Assembly (NCBI RefSeq): GCF_001017655.1
Contig: NZ_CP010904.1
Coordinates: 1,080,001-1,112,000 of the forward strand
Source of the DNA: Kiritimatiella glycovorans
GTDB taxonomy: Bacteria > Verrucomicrobiota > Kiritimatiellia > Kiritimatiellales > Kiritimatiellaceae
Reading direction: 5' to 3'
DNA length: 32,000 nt
Below the pieces are notes generated by a model. That model ran no database searches and was not told the DNA's origin. It was given only the letters and a program-made list of their open reading frames with translations. Numbering within the stretch: the stretch's first letter is position 1; every line of letters begins with the position of its first letter. Positions 1 through 8,091 of the stretch are shown in pieces. The translations under genes and the position numbers were made by a program.

Positions 1-6
1 GGATGG

Positions 7-14
7 AAAAAAAA
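7..14 (+). promoter_or_regulatory. A8 run, candidate -1 programmed ribosomal frameshift site joining OrfA and OrfB of the IS3 element
   Basis: Sequence ggatggAAAAAAAAtg. IS3-family elements typically make an OrfAB fusion by -1 slippage on A6G/A7 motifs located just where OrfB begins. OrfA itself lies outside the window. Confidence 0.4.
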
Positions 15-895
15 TGCGTCGAGTTGGGGATCGATCCGTGAGGAAGGCTCTGGTGGATCCTTCTGATGCTCAACTCTCGCTGCGGCGCCAATGTGCTCTG
101 CTGGGCGTCAACCGGAACCGGTTGACGCCGCCGGAGCCCAGGGCGACGATCACGGACTTACGGATTATGAGGATGCTCGACGAACTTCATCTGCGTTTCC
201 CGACGTTCGGGACGCGGGGGCTGCGCCGATTACTCAAGCGCGAACAGGGGCTGAACGTGGGGCGAAAGCGGCTTCGCCGGCTGATGAGGCTCGCGCATAT
301 CTCGGCTCTCCGCCCGCGGCCGCGGACCAGCGCACCGGGCAAGGGGCATCGCATCTATCCGTATTTGCTGCGTGGAGTGGATGTTACGCGGCCGAATCAG
401 GTCTGGTGCGCCGATATCACCTATATCCCGATGCCGCGAGGGTATTGCTACCTGGTGGCCGTCATGGACTGGTACAGCCGGAAAGTGCTCGGGTGGGAAC
501 TGAGCACCACGATGGATACCGCGTTCTGCCTGCGGGCCTTTCGATCGGCGGTGGCCACGGCCGGACGGGCGCCGGAGATCATGAATACCGATCAGGGCTC
601 GCAGTTCACGTCGACGGATTGGATCAGGGAGATGAAACAGCACGAGGGCTTAAAAATCAGCATGGATGGGACGGGCCGCTGGGTGGACAATGTGTTCATC
701 GAGCGGCTGTGGTGGAGCCTGAAGTATGAGGATGTTTATCTGAAAAGCTATGAAACGCCCCGGGAAACCGGGCGCGGCGTGGGGGCGTGGCTGGAGCGCT
801 ACAATACCGAACGTCCGCATTCATCGATCGGGGATCGAACGCCCGATGAGGCGTACTTCGGAATCGAGGCGGAGTCGAAATGGAGAGCGGCATGA
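14..895 (+). CDS. IS3-family transposase OrfB (rve/DDE integrase core)
   Basis: 293-aa ORF with an HTH_21-like N-terminus (LSLRRQCALLGVNRNRL). DDE triad contexts are present: WCADITYIP, MNTDQGSQFTS, DNVFIERLWWSLKYE, followed by YNTERPHSSIGDRTPDEAY. Confidence 0.9.
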   Translation: MRRVGDRSVRKALVDPSDAQLSLRRQCALLGVNRNRLTPPEPRATITDLRIMRMLDELHLRFPTFGTRGLRRLLKREQGLNVGRKRLRRLMRLAHISALRPRPRTSAPGKGHRIYPYLLRGVDVTRPNQVWCADITYIPMPRGYCYLVAVMDWYSRKVLGWELSTTMDTAFCLRAFRSAVATAGRAPEIMNTDQGSQFTSTDWIREMKQHEGLKISMDGTGRWVDNVFIERLWWSLKYEDVYLKSYETPRETGRGVGAWLERYNTERPHSSIGDRTPDEAYFGIEAESKWRAA

Positions 896-1161
896 AGAGG
901 CGAGTTGCCCACAGCCATGCGACCGTCTCCGACGAGTTCAATGACCCATTCTCGACGGCCGCAGGCTATGGACAACTCGCCGGAGTTGTGGCAGAACACT
1001 CGCAGGAAGCGGGAGCCCTGATGCTGACTTAAAGTTCGAAAAAACTGGCTCCGCTATCGGGACCACCGCTTTCCCGCTCAACAGGTAACTATTTTTTTGC
1101 AAAAATTAACTCACGGATTCAGGATTAAAAGCAATTTCCTAGCAAGAAGGAGTAATAACGA

Positions 1162-4100
1162 ATGATGAAAACAACAAGACGACTGGCCGCCATGATGATT
1201 GTGGCGGGGATGAATGTTAGCATTTCAGGGCTCTGGGCGGAGGTGGTGGACTACACGATCCCCTCGATGGATCGGGAGCCGGAGAAAATCGCGCCGGCTG
1301 TGGTTCTCGAAGACGCGGTCTTCCGCTTGAATTGTGCCGGGGAGAATGCAGCTGCCACATCCCCGGCCATCGCGGATGCGAGCGGTGTGGAGATGGGCGT
1401 CAGCCTGACGGAGGACGCGACGGTTCGGGCGCGCGCTCGTGGTGGTGCGGGGACGGCACTGGATCTGGCGGAGGGCTCAATCCGGGTGGCGCCATCGGCG
1501 GATGTCAATCGCGAGCATGAGACCTTCTCGCTTTACGTTCGCCTGCGCGATCCCGAAGGGAAATGGGACTATCCGATTCTCGGCAGCTACGGCAGCGACG
1601 AGAAGGTGAGTTTCTTTTTGCATGCGGTGGATGGCAGGAAGAAGCCACAGGAGAACATCAATTCGGGCGGAGCCCGGCTGCCGTCGATAGCGGCGATGTT
1701 GTTTTCCGAGGAAGACGGCGTCGATTATATCGACGGACACAAATCGATGATCGAGTTCGTGATCGGCCTGCCGCGCGCGCCGGAGTATTACCTCAATCGT
1801 CAGACGAACGCCAAGAAGAAGGCGGGCGTGGAGACGGATCACCTGCTCGAGGATGCCCGAAACGGCGTGATGCGGGTGACCTTTCCCGTGGCCTGGATGG
1901 GACCGAAGGACTGGCATGACATCGTGGTGCGTTTTACCGGTCCGAAGCTCGAGCTGTTTGTCGATGGCGTGCTCGTCGACGTAGAATATCCGATCGGCAA
2001 GATGCGGCCGAGCGAGGCTCCGTTCCTGATCGGCGCGGCGGCAGTCGGAGAGGAAGTCGTCAAAGGGTTCGACGGGCAGCTTTCGCACCTGGCGGTATGG
2101 GACCGCTCCCTCAGCGACGACGAGATCCTGGCGCTGTGTGGCGGCAAGTCACACGTCGTGCAGCGCGCGGAAGAGATGCTCGGCCCGGTGCGCACCGAGC
2201 GGCTGCAGTATTTCCGTCCCCGCGGCCACAATCTGAAGCCGGGCGATTGCATGCCCTACTATCACGATGGCACATGGCACCTGCTCTACCTGGTGCTGCG
2301 CGGCAACATGGCGCGCAAGTGGGACAGCGGTCACGGCGGCCTCGAGCTTCACCATGCCTCCAGCCGCGATCTGGTCCACTGGCAGCATCACCCCATCATG
2401 ATTCCCATCAGCGAACAATGGATGAGGTGGGTCGGCACCGGCGACACTGCGATCCATGATGGCGAGATCTTCTTTTACAATCATCTGCCCAGCTGGGACC
2501 CCGACCGCAAGTTCGGCGGATTGCAGTGTTTCCGGAGCGACGACGGCATTACCTTCACCAAGCATGACCAAAGTCCTTATCCGGAAGTGCCGGGTTGGCC
2601 CGGGGCTCCCGATATTTACGAATACCCGGACGGACGCTATTGCATGACCTACGATGCCGACCTGCTCCGAGGGAAGCCCCTGCCGACGCTCCGTGACAAA
2701 ACGCTGGTCGCCTGGGTCACCCTGGCTGATCTCGACCAGCGCGGCGGCGGTCTGGTCACCGTGGAACATGAGGGGCAGTTTGACAGTCTCGTCTTTGGCG
2801 AAGTGCGATCGCGGCGCTGGATGGCCGGCAGCGATCGGCTCCTGCGGACCGCCCGCGATCAGGCCGGGTGGCCGGAAGAGGCCGTGAACCCTCACGAGTT
2901 GGTCCAGATGGCCGCCGTGTATCGCGGCAACCAGGTGGTCCTCTATCGAAACGGCCGGCCCTACGCGCAACACGAGGTAAACGAGCCTGCCGCCTTTTCA
3001 CGCTACGCCATCAGCATCGGCACGCGCGTGTCCGACGGCCCGGCAAACTCTTATTTCCGCGGCTCGATCGAGGACGCAAGGGTTTACGCAAGCGCGCTTT
3101 CCCGGGAGCAGATTGCGGCGTTAAAGCCGAACGAACCCTCCGCCGAGACGCCGCTGGCCTGGTGGGATTTCGAACAAGAAAATCCCACCGACCGGGTGGG
3201 GACGTTTGCATCTTCGTTTCTCGCGGGCGACGCCCGGGTGGCGGATGGCCGGCTGCACCTTTCCGGCGACGAGTCTTTCCTGCTCGCCTCAAGCGATGCC
3301 CGCCAGGTGCGCGGATTGGTTTCCGACGACCTCATGAACTGGACGCCGCTGGATGAACCGGTGGCGGTGATCCCGAGCCGCTTCCGCCTGACCTGTTCGC
3401 AGATTTTCCGCTGGGGCGACTGGCATTACATGCTCGCCGGGAACAACGTCTGGCAATCGCGGGAGTTCACCGGGCCATGGCAGCCCGCCGACACCTTTAT
3501 CCTCGACGCGCTCAAGATTCCAAAAGCGGCCCCATTCCGCGACGGCAGAATGATCGCCGCCGGGATGATGACGCACCGCGGCTGGGGCGGCGACATCGTG
3601 TTCCGCGAACTGCTCCAGGAAGAGGACGGAACACTCGGCGCCCGTTTCGTGCCCGAGATGATTCCCCGCACCGGTGAGGAATTGCCGTTGGTGACGGCCT
3701 CGGATTCAGCCGGTGCGATTGCGGGGGATACGGTCACCGCAAACGGCGCGAACGGGTTTCACGCAATTCCGCTCACCGGCATTCCGAGGGACGTGCGCAT
3801 CACCTTCCAGGCTGTGCCCGATGAGAATACGACCGGTTTCGGCGTCGGCCTGCGATCCAGCCCGGACAACTCGCGCGGTCTGGAACTGCGCGTCGAGCCC
3901 GCTCGCGCCACCGTCGGCCTGTTTGCCGTGGACGGAAACCGGGAAAACGCCAATGCCGCGGAGGACCAGCGTCACCGCCTCGGCAAGCTTGATGCGGCCC
4001 TGACCATCGACATCGTCTGCCGCCGCGACATCGTCGACGTCGAAATCGGCGGCCGCCGCACCTTGATCCAGCGTTACTGGAACCCCGGCAGTGACCGCAT

Positions 4101-4167
4101 CTACCTGTTTGCCGAAGGCGGCGACGTCCGTTTTGAAGGCGTCAGGGTACGCCCGCTGGTTGAGTAG
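1162..4167 (+). CDS. Secreted multidomain protein: N-terminal LamG-like domain, GH32-like (clan GH-J) five-bladed propeller interrupted by a second LamG-like domain, and a GH32-type C-terminal beta-sandwich
   Basis: An AT-rich leader with aaggag lies 8 nt upstream of the ATG. Signal peptide: MMKTTRRLAAMMIVAGMNVSISGLWA. LamG-type motifs: HLAVWDRSLSDDEILAL and RGSIEDARVYASALSREQIAAL. GH32-like motifs: YFRPRGHNLKPGDCMPYYHDGTWHLLYL, HHASSRDLVHWQHHP, CSQIFRWGDWHYML, WGGDIVFRELLQEEDGTLGARFVPEM. Confidence 0.8.
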   Translation: MMKTTRRLAAMMIVAGMNVSISGLWAEVVDYTIPSMDREPEKIAPAVVLEDAVFRLNCAGENAAATSPAIADASGVEMGVSLTEDATVRARARGGAGTALDLAEGSIRVAPSADVNREHETFSLYVRLRDPEGKWDYPILGSYGSDEKVSFFLHAVDGRKKPQENINSGGARLPSIAAMLFSEEDGVDYIDGHKSMIEFVIGLPRAPEYYLNRQTNAKKKAGVETDHLLEDARNGVMRVTFPVAWMGPKDWHDIVVRFTGPKLELFVDGVLVDVEYPIGKMRPSEAPFLIGAAAVGEEVVKGFDGQLSHLAVWDRSLSDDEILALCGGKSHVVQRAEEMLGPVRTERLQYFRPRGHNLKPGDCMPYYHDGTWHLLYLVLRGNMARKWDSGHGGLELHHASSRDLVHWQHHPIMIPISEQWMRWVGTGDTAIHDGEIFFYNHLPSWDPDRKFGGLQCFRSDDGITFTKHDQSPYPEVPGWPGAPDIYEYPDGRYCMTYDADLLRGKPLPTLRDKTLVAWVTLADLDQRGGGLVTVEHEGQFDSLVFGEVRSRRWMAGSDRLLRTARDQAGWPEEAVNPHELVQMAAVYRGNQVVLYRNGRPYAQHEVNEPAAFSRYAISIGTRVSDGPANSYFRGSIEDARVYASALSREQIAALKPNEPSAETPLAWWDFEQENPTDRVGTFASSFLAGDARVADGRLHLSGDESFLLASSDARQVRGLVSDDLMNWTPLDEPVAVIPSRFRLTCSQIFRWGDWHYMLAGNNVWQSREFTGPWQPADTFILDALKIPKAAPFRDGRMIAAGMMTHRGWGGDIVFRELLQEEDGTLGARFVPEMIPRTGEELPLVTASDSAGAIAGDTVTANGANGFHAIPLTGIPRDVRITFQAVPDENTTGFGVGLRSSPDNSRGLELRVEPARATVGLFAVDGNRENANAAEDQRHRLGKLDAALTIDIVCRRDIVDVEIGGRRTLIQRYWNPGSDRIYLFAEGGDVRFEGVRVRPLVE

Positions 4168-4368
4168 GTAACTCGAAGAAAGAATAACCCGGATTTCTCA
4201 AACCGGAGAGGAACGCTTTACCGGGACTATTTATGCCCGCTGTGCATGGATGATTCGGAGCAACGCCGACTCGGAGGATCAACCTAAAAAGATGAGTAGA
4301 GCGTGTATGCGGTGGCAGCAGACGCTCGGCTGAGCGTTAGTTTTTCGGCTGATTGGCCTCGATTTTGA

Positions 4369-4913
4369 TCACTGAGCAGAGCACAAAGTGGGTGGTGCCC
4401 GGCTTTTCCCGCCACCTATGGTCTGGTGATGCAGCAAAATATGAGCGATGACTTGCGACCAGACGCTCGATTTTTTCAACTGCTCCGAAGTTCGCGAAGC
4501 CCAGCTTTTGAGCCTTTCGGCAGCCTGTTCGAGCTTGCGCTGGATCTCTTTGGCTTGGCTGTGGGCACAGAAGACCACGAGTGTGCGCACGCTTTGGTGG
4601 GTGCTCGCCTTGGCGGTGTGCATCAGATACATCGGCCTGGAGGTAATCGCTTCGCGGGCCACGAGAGGATCGACCAGCTTGATGTGGATGCTCCACCAGT
4701 TGTAGATCAGTGCGATCAACCGGGCCATGTGTGCCGTAGAGCGGCTTGACCGTGACATCGATATCCAAAACCCAAGGCACATCCAGACAGCCCGCACACA
4801 GCCGGTCGAAGCAGTCCCGAAGCCAGTCTTCGGTCGCCGAACCGTCTATGCTGCCGTCCGAGCCGGTGGAGGCGACTAAAACACGTCAGGTCTTGATTCT
4901 TGACATTTTTCAT
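4369..4913 (-). pseudogene. IS1380-like DDE transposase remnant with an internal deletion and frameshift
   Basis: One frame reads ...DWLRDCFDRLCAGCLDVPWVLDIDVTVKPLYG, the N-terminal catalytic region typical of IS1380-type transposases. Around 4730 the sense jumps to another frame as AHMARLIALIYNWWSIHIKLV..., a C-terminal region. The whole central catalytic part is missing. Confidence 0.5.
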
Positions 4914-5137
4914 CGCTTCTCCGCTTCCCATTCAGGAAGATCCAGAATCCGACTGATTTCCACGGTATTTTTATTTGGTCGTTATCGTTCGGAGTAACGC
5001 CTTTCCCGGCATGAGCTTGTCGAATGCAGGCGTTCCCCCCGTTCCGAAACGCCAGCCCATTCCGAAGTAAAGGGCTAAACGGTCTCCGCTCAGGGAGCTA
5101 CGCCCCGTCAAGAGCTCTTACTCCAAACCCACGCTCG

Positions 5138-5178
5138 ATAGGGGTAGGAATGAGGGATTGAACCTCACCCCTCCCTCC
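5138..5178 (-). ncRNA. Group II intron domain VI with a bulged branch-point A and the 3' splice site
   Basis: Minus strand GGAGGGAGGGGUGAGGUUCAAUCCCUCAUUCCUACCCCUAU. The helix has a single bulged A (position 5145) 7 nt from the 3' end, and the intron ends in AU, matching the AY consensus. Confidence 0.6.
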
Positions 5179-5211
5179 GAACCGGACGTGCGGATCTCCC
5201 GCATCCGGCTC
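5179..5211 (-). ncRNA. Group II intron domain V (catalytic hairpin)
   Basis: Minus strand GAGCCGGAUGCGGGAGAUCCGCACGUCCGGUUC matches the DV consensus GAGCCGUAUGCG...CGCACGUACGGUUC, including the AGC triad and the AC bulge. Confidence 0.85.
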
Positions 5212-5230
5212 TCCGGTCGATGATTGCTCT

Positions 5231-6556
5231 TTATCGAGATTGGCACGCTTCCCGATGGGCCCGCTCAAGGCTGAACAGTCCCATCTCGGCGAAGTATTTG
5301 TTTGGATAACGGTGGTGGTCGAGACCCCGACCCCGGCCTTTGCGTCCGTGGCGTTTGCGGAGGATGCTGCGCAAGCGCATGCGCACCCATCCGTCCATCC
5401 AGACGAAGGTGTTCTTATGGGCGTGTTTGTAATACCCGAACCAACCGATCAGCACGGGGTTGATGTCCTCGATGATCGCCTTCATGGATTTGCCCTTGGT
5501 ACGTTTGGTCTTGGGCCGGAGGGTCCCGCGTAGTTTTGTCAGGCTTTTCTGACGCACGTAGCGGTTTCCGTTTTCGAACCGGTAGCCGAGGAACTCGAAG
5601 CCTTCGCGGTGGGTGACCAGCCGGGTCTTTTCCGGGTGGAGCACAAGGCCCCGCCCGTCGGTCCACTGCCGTGTCAGTTCCAGCGCGTCTTCGGCCTCCT
5701 CCCTCGTGCGGGAGAGGATCACGAAGTCGTCCGCATAGCGGATCATTTCGTGGCCCCGGTCCCGCAGCAGGTGGTCGAGTTCGTTCAGATACAGGTTGGC
5801 CAACAGAGGAGAGATGACCGCCCCCTGGGGCGTTCCCTTCTCCGTCGGCTCCCATTCTTTCAGTTCGTTGATCAGGCCCTGCTTCAAGTAAGATTCCAGC
5901 AGGTCCAGCACCAACCCGTCCGCCACCTTGGCGCGCACCAGCGACATCAGTTTGCCGTGGTCGATCGTGTCAAAGTAGCTCTTCAGATCGGCGTCCACTA
6001 TCCATTCGTGGCCTTTGCGGAGCAGTCCGCCCACCTCCCGAAGCGCGTCTTTACAGCCGCGTTTGGGACGGAAACCGTAGCTGTGTGCGTTGAATCCGAT
6101 CTCGAAGATCGGACCGATCACCAGTTGCAGTGCCGTCTGCACGATACGGTCTTCCACGGTCGGGATGCCCAGAGGCCGCTTCTCTTTTCCACCGGGCTTG
6201 GGGATGAACACCCGTTTGACCGGTTTGGGTTCGTAGCGTCCTGTTTTCAGTTTGCCTTCCAAACTCGCTAATCTTTGGTCGAGCTGGCTCTCGTACTGTT
6301 TCAGGCTCAGTCGGTCCACGCCGCCGCTGCCGCCTCGCCCGTTCACGATGTGCCAGGCGCGCAACAGTGTCCGGCGGCGGTAAACCTTGTCTTTGAGGCT
6401 GAACCACTTGCCTCCCTTCACCCCCGATTTGAGGGCTGCCAACATGGCGTCCGTCCAGACCAGGGGGTCCGCGCCCAACCGCTCGCGCAGCTCGGCGTTT
6501 TCCGCGTCGGGGTTAGCCCCCGGGGGCACTTTCGACGCTGTCTTTTCCCTCGTCAT
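5231..6556 (-). CDS. Group II intron-encoded reverse transcriptase/maturase (RT + X/GIIM domains, no endonuclease domain)
   Basis: 441-aa ORF with a ggagg RBS 7 nt upstream. RT motifs: RPLGIPTVEDRIVQ, DADLKSYFDTIDH, GTPQGAVISPLLANLYLNELD, YADDFVIL. Maturase motif: INPVLIGWFGYYKHA. Confidence 0.93.
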   Translation of the reverse strand: MTREKTASKVPPGANPDAENAELRERLGADPLVWTDAMLAALKSGVKGGKWFSLKDKVYRRRTLLRAWHIVNGRGGSGGVDRLSLKQYESQLDQRLASLEGKLKTGRYEPKPVKRVFIPKPGGKEKRPLGIPTVEDRIVQTALQLVIGPIFEIGFNAHSYGFRPKRGCKDALREVGGLLRKGHEWIVDADLKSYFDTIDHGKLMSLVRAKVADGLVLDLLESYLKQGLINELKEWEPTEKGTPQGAVISPLLANLYLNELDHLLRDRGHEMIRYADDFVILSRTREEAEDALELTRQWTDGRGLVLHPEKTRLVTHREGFEFLGYRFENGNRYVRQKSLTKLRGTLRPKTKRTKGKSMKAIIEDINPVLIGWFGYYKHAHKNTFVWMDGWVRMRLRSILRKRHGRKGRGRGLDHHRYPNKYFAEMGLFSLERAHREACQSR

Positions 6557-6601
6557 GGATGACCTCCATTCATCTTCCTGCCCCCCTTCGCTCCACCGGA
6601 G

Positions 6602-6781
6602 TTACCCGGCCTCACTGCTACAAACATGCACATTGGCATCGCGCAGGTCGGGCGCAGTCTCCACCCGTGTGACCGTGACGGCGCCGGTGTCGAAGCGGCT
6701 GCCGGAAAACAGGCGCAGGATGTCGGCGGCGATTTCCCGCTTCAACAGTTCGTTCACACGAATGATGCGTCCGCTGCTCAT
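6602..6781 (-). pseudogene. rbfA: N-terminal fragment (about 55 codons) of ribosome-binding factor A
   Basis: MSSGRIIRVNELLKREIAADILRLFSGSRFDTGAVTVTRVETAPDLRDANVHV resembles the RbfA N-terminus (compare Bacillus RVGEQMKKELGDII...LTVTDVRVSGDLQIAKVYISV). Homology stops at about 6615-6620, where intron sequence begins. The C-terminal half is not found downstream of the intron. Confidence 0.6.
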
Positions 6782-7212
6782 GTGTCCAGCTCCTTGATTG
6801 TAATCCATGGGAAGGCGCGGAAATCCTGGTCGAATGTGACAATTTCAGTGATTCCATGTTCGCGCATTAATACGGCGGTGTGAAAGTCGTGAAGAATATT
6901 TCCGCCGAGGCGCGGGGTTTTCTCTGCGCACTCGGCAAGAGTTTCGGCGTGCAGGCCGGTTTCCGAGACCAGCATGCAGTTGGGGCAGTTAAGCAATGCA
7001 GAAATAAACTGCCAGGCCTGCGGTTGAGTGAGTGGCGCGGAAAATACACGCGGGTGCGTGGCAACCCGCATGAATTCATAAAGTACATTCCAGCTGAGCC
7101 CCCAGCATTCGGATTGTTTCGGCAATGCACGGAGAAACGCCGACGTTTTTTGGGAATCGGCGGATTCGCGGTTGACAGCATGAAGCAGAATGTTGGTATC
7201 AATCAGAAACAC
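6778..7212 (-). CDS. vapC: Type II toxin, PIN-domain ribonuclease VapC
   Basis: 144 aa. MFLIDTNILLHAV carries the first acidic PIN residue, and the C-terminus has EIVTFDQDFRAF. It sits 3 nt downstream of a small antitoxin ORF, and the segment is visibly lower in GC than its flanks. Confidence 0.88.
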   Translation of the reverse strand: MFLIDTNILLHAVNRESADSQKTSAFLRALPKQSECWGLSWNVLYEFMRVATHPRVFSAPLTQPQAWQFISALLNCPNCMLVSETGLHAETLAECAEKTPRLGGNILHDFHTAVLMREHGITEIVTFDQDFRAFPWITIKELDT

Positions 7213-7215
7213 GGC

Positions 7216-7452
7216 CTATTCTTCCATTGCGCGGTACAGCGCATCACGGTTGTTAATATCTGTTTTTGCTTCCCCCATGGCAAAAGTGGGAAGATCCAGC
7301 TTTGGGGCTGGAGACTTTTTTCGCTGTTCCCGTTCAACCAAATAGGCCTCAACGGCTTCGTTAACCAGCATAGACAGCTGCTTGCTGTCTTCCTTTGCGG
7401 CATATTTTGCCCGTTTGAAAACGGGATCTGTGAGTACCAGTGTCGTTCTCAT
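7216..7452 (-). CDS. vapB: Type II antitoxin, VapB-like
   Basis: 78 aa starting MRTTLVLTDPVFKRAKYAA, a typical VapB-family N-terminus. It lies immediately upstream of vapC in the classic antitoxin-toxin order. Confidence 0.75.
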   Translation of the reverse strand: MRTTLVLTDPVFKRAKYAAKEDSKQLSMLVNEAVEAYLVEREQRKKSPAPKLDLPTFAMGEAKTDINNRDALYRAMEE

Positions 7453-7705
7453 TTTTCACTCCATATGCGCAAGCATACATAAAAGATGATTGAATGCAAC
7501 GTGGTTTTCCAAACATTGGAACCGGCGGTGCCGGTTTTCAGGGCTTCGCAGGCGTTATAGCCTGAGCATCGGGCGGGTTGGAGGCTGATGATGAGCATAC
7601 CGTTTCCCGGGATGGCGGGCAAGAGCCCGTTTGGCCGCAGGAAGAATATCTGCTAGACATTGGGCATGGCCGCCCCGGTATACCGCTCGCGAAAGCCGAA
7701 GGCCT

Positions 7706-7915
7706 CGCCGCTGTGGCATTGTCGCACTTATCGACGAGCGCGAGGTCATTGAGCGCATCCTGCGTCATCTCGGACTGTGGGAAGAACCTGTTTGCCTGCA
7801 TCCCGCCCGCGCCCCGCCGGACGGAGAGGGGACGGTGGAATTGTTCCCCGGCGATCCCTTCCCCGATTACAGCAGGGAGCCTGTGATGGATTACGACCTT
7901 TGCGCGGATGCATGA
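7706..7915 (+). pseudogene. C-terminal fragment of an IS91-family (Y2/HUH) transposase
   Basis: ...CGIVALIDEREVIERILRHLGLWEEPV..HPARAPPD... matches the conserved extreme C-terminus of IS91-type transposases (IAFI.dp.VI.kIL.HLGL....pPrAPP). No upstream catalytic region is present. Confidence 0.5.
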
Positions 7916-7983
7916 GCCTTCGCGACAGGGGAACTTTGTTTAAAAGGTAGGGCTCGCTCGCCGAGCGGGCCGCAGATGACGGC

Positions 7984-8023
7984 GCGCCCGCCTCTCCGGG
8001 GCATGCCCCGGAGAGGCGGGCGC
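7984..8023. repeat. Perfect 40-bp palindrome (20-bp arms, no loop)
   Basis: gcgcccgcctctccggggca|tgccccggagaggcgggcgc, checked base by base. It is preceded at about 7949-7975 by another hairpin, tagggctcgctcgccgagcgggcc. Confidence 0.95.
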
Positions 8024-8091
8024 CCAACCTTGACAAAAATCCTGGCTTCCACTACATCTAACGCCATGAAACCGCTCTCCAGAACGACCTC

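Larger units (their letters stand above)
1..1067 (+). mobile_element. Partial IS3-family insertion sequence. The window begins inside it and the right end is approximate.
   Basis: Contains the OrfB transposase at 14..895, preceded by an A8 slippery run. A possible right terminus ...cgggacCA lies near 1067 (reverse complement starts TGGTCCCGATAGCGG, i.e. IS3-like TG...CA ends). The left IR is outside the window, so the boundary cannot be confirmed. Confidence 0.6.
5138..6615 (-). mobile_element. 5'-truncated group II intron: part of domain IV with the IEP ORF, plus domains V and VI. Domains I-III are absent.
   Basis: RT/maturase ORF is followed by canonical DV and DVI and a 3' end ...CCCCUAU. 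Only about 60 nt lie upstream of the ORF before homology switches to rbfA. No GUGYG 5' end is seen, and intact vapBC occupies the space where DI-DIII would be. Confidence 0.8.

Noticed and set aside
91-729. Overlapping ORFs 91..729 (+) and 230..643 (-) within the IS3 transposase gene.
   Set aside because: These are alternative or antisense frames of a gene with a clear DDE transposase translation, and they have no motifs of their own.
5145-5172. tRNA-like T-arm (GAGG-TTCAATC-CCTC followed by a 7-nt acceptor-like stretch) on the minus strand.
   Set aside because: No matching 5' acceptor strand, D-arm or anticodon arm lies upstream, where the sequence is intron domain V. The stem-loop fits group II intron domain VI, with a bulged A 7 nt from an AU 3' end.
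5231-6556. RT as a retron, DGR or stand-alone defence RT.
   Set aside because: The protein has the group II maturase (X/GIIM) domain and is followed by canonical DV and DVI. No msr/msd-like inverted repeats or TR/VR pair is visible. The possibility that the truncated element was co-opted is kept only as a low-certainty idea in the findings.
7462-7480. Short imperfect palindrome (atgcgcaagcat) upstream of vapB as a possible antitoxin operator.
   Set aside because: Only the 4-bp arms are complementary, which is too weak to call from sequence alone.
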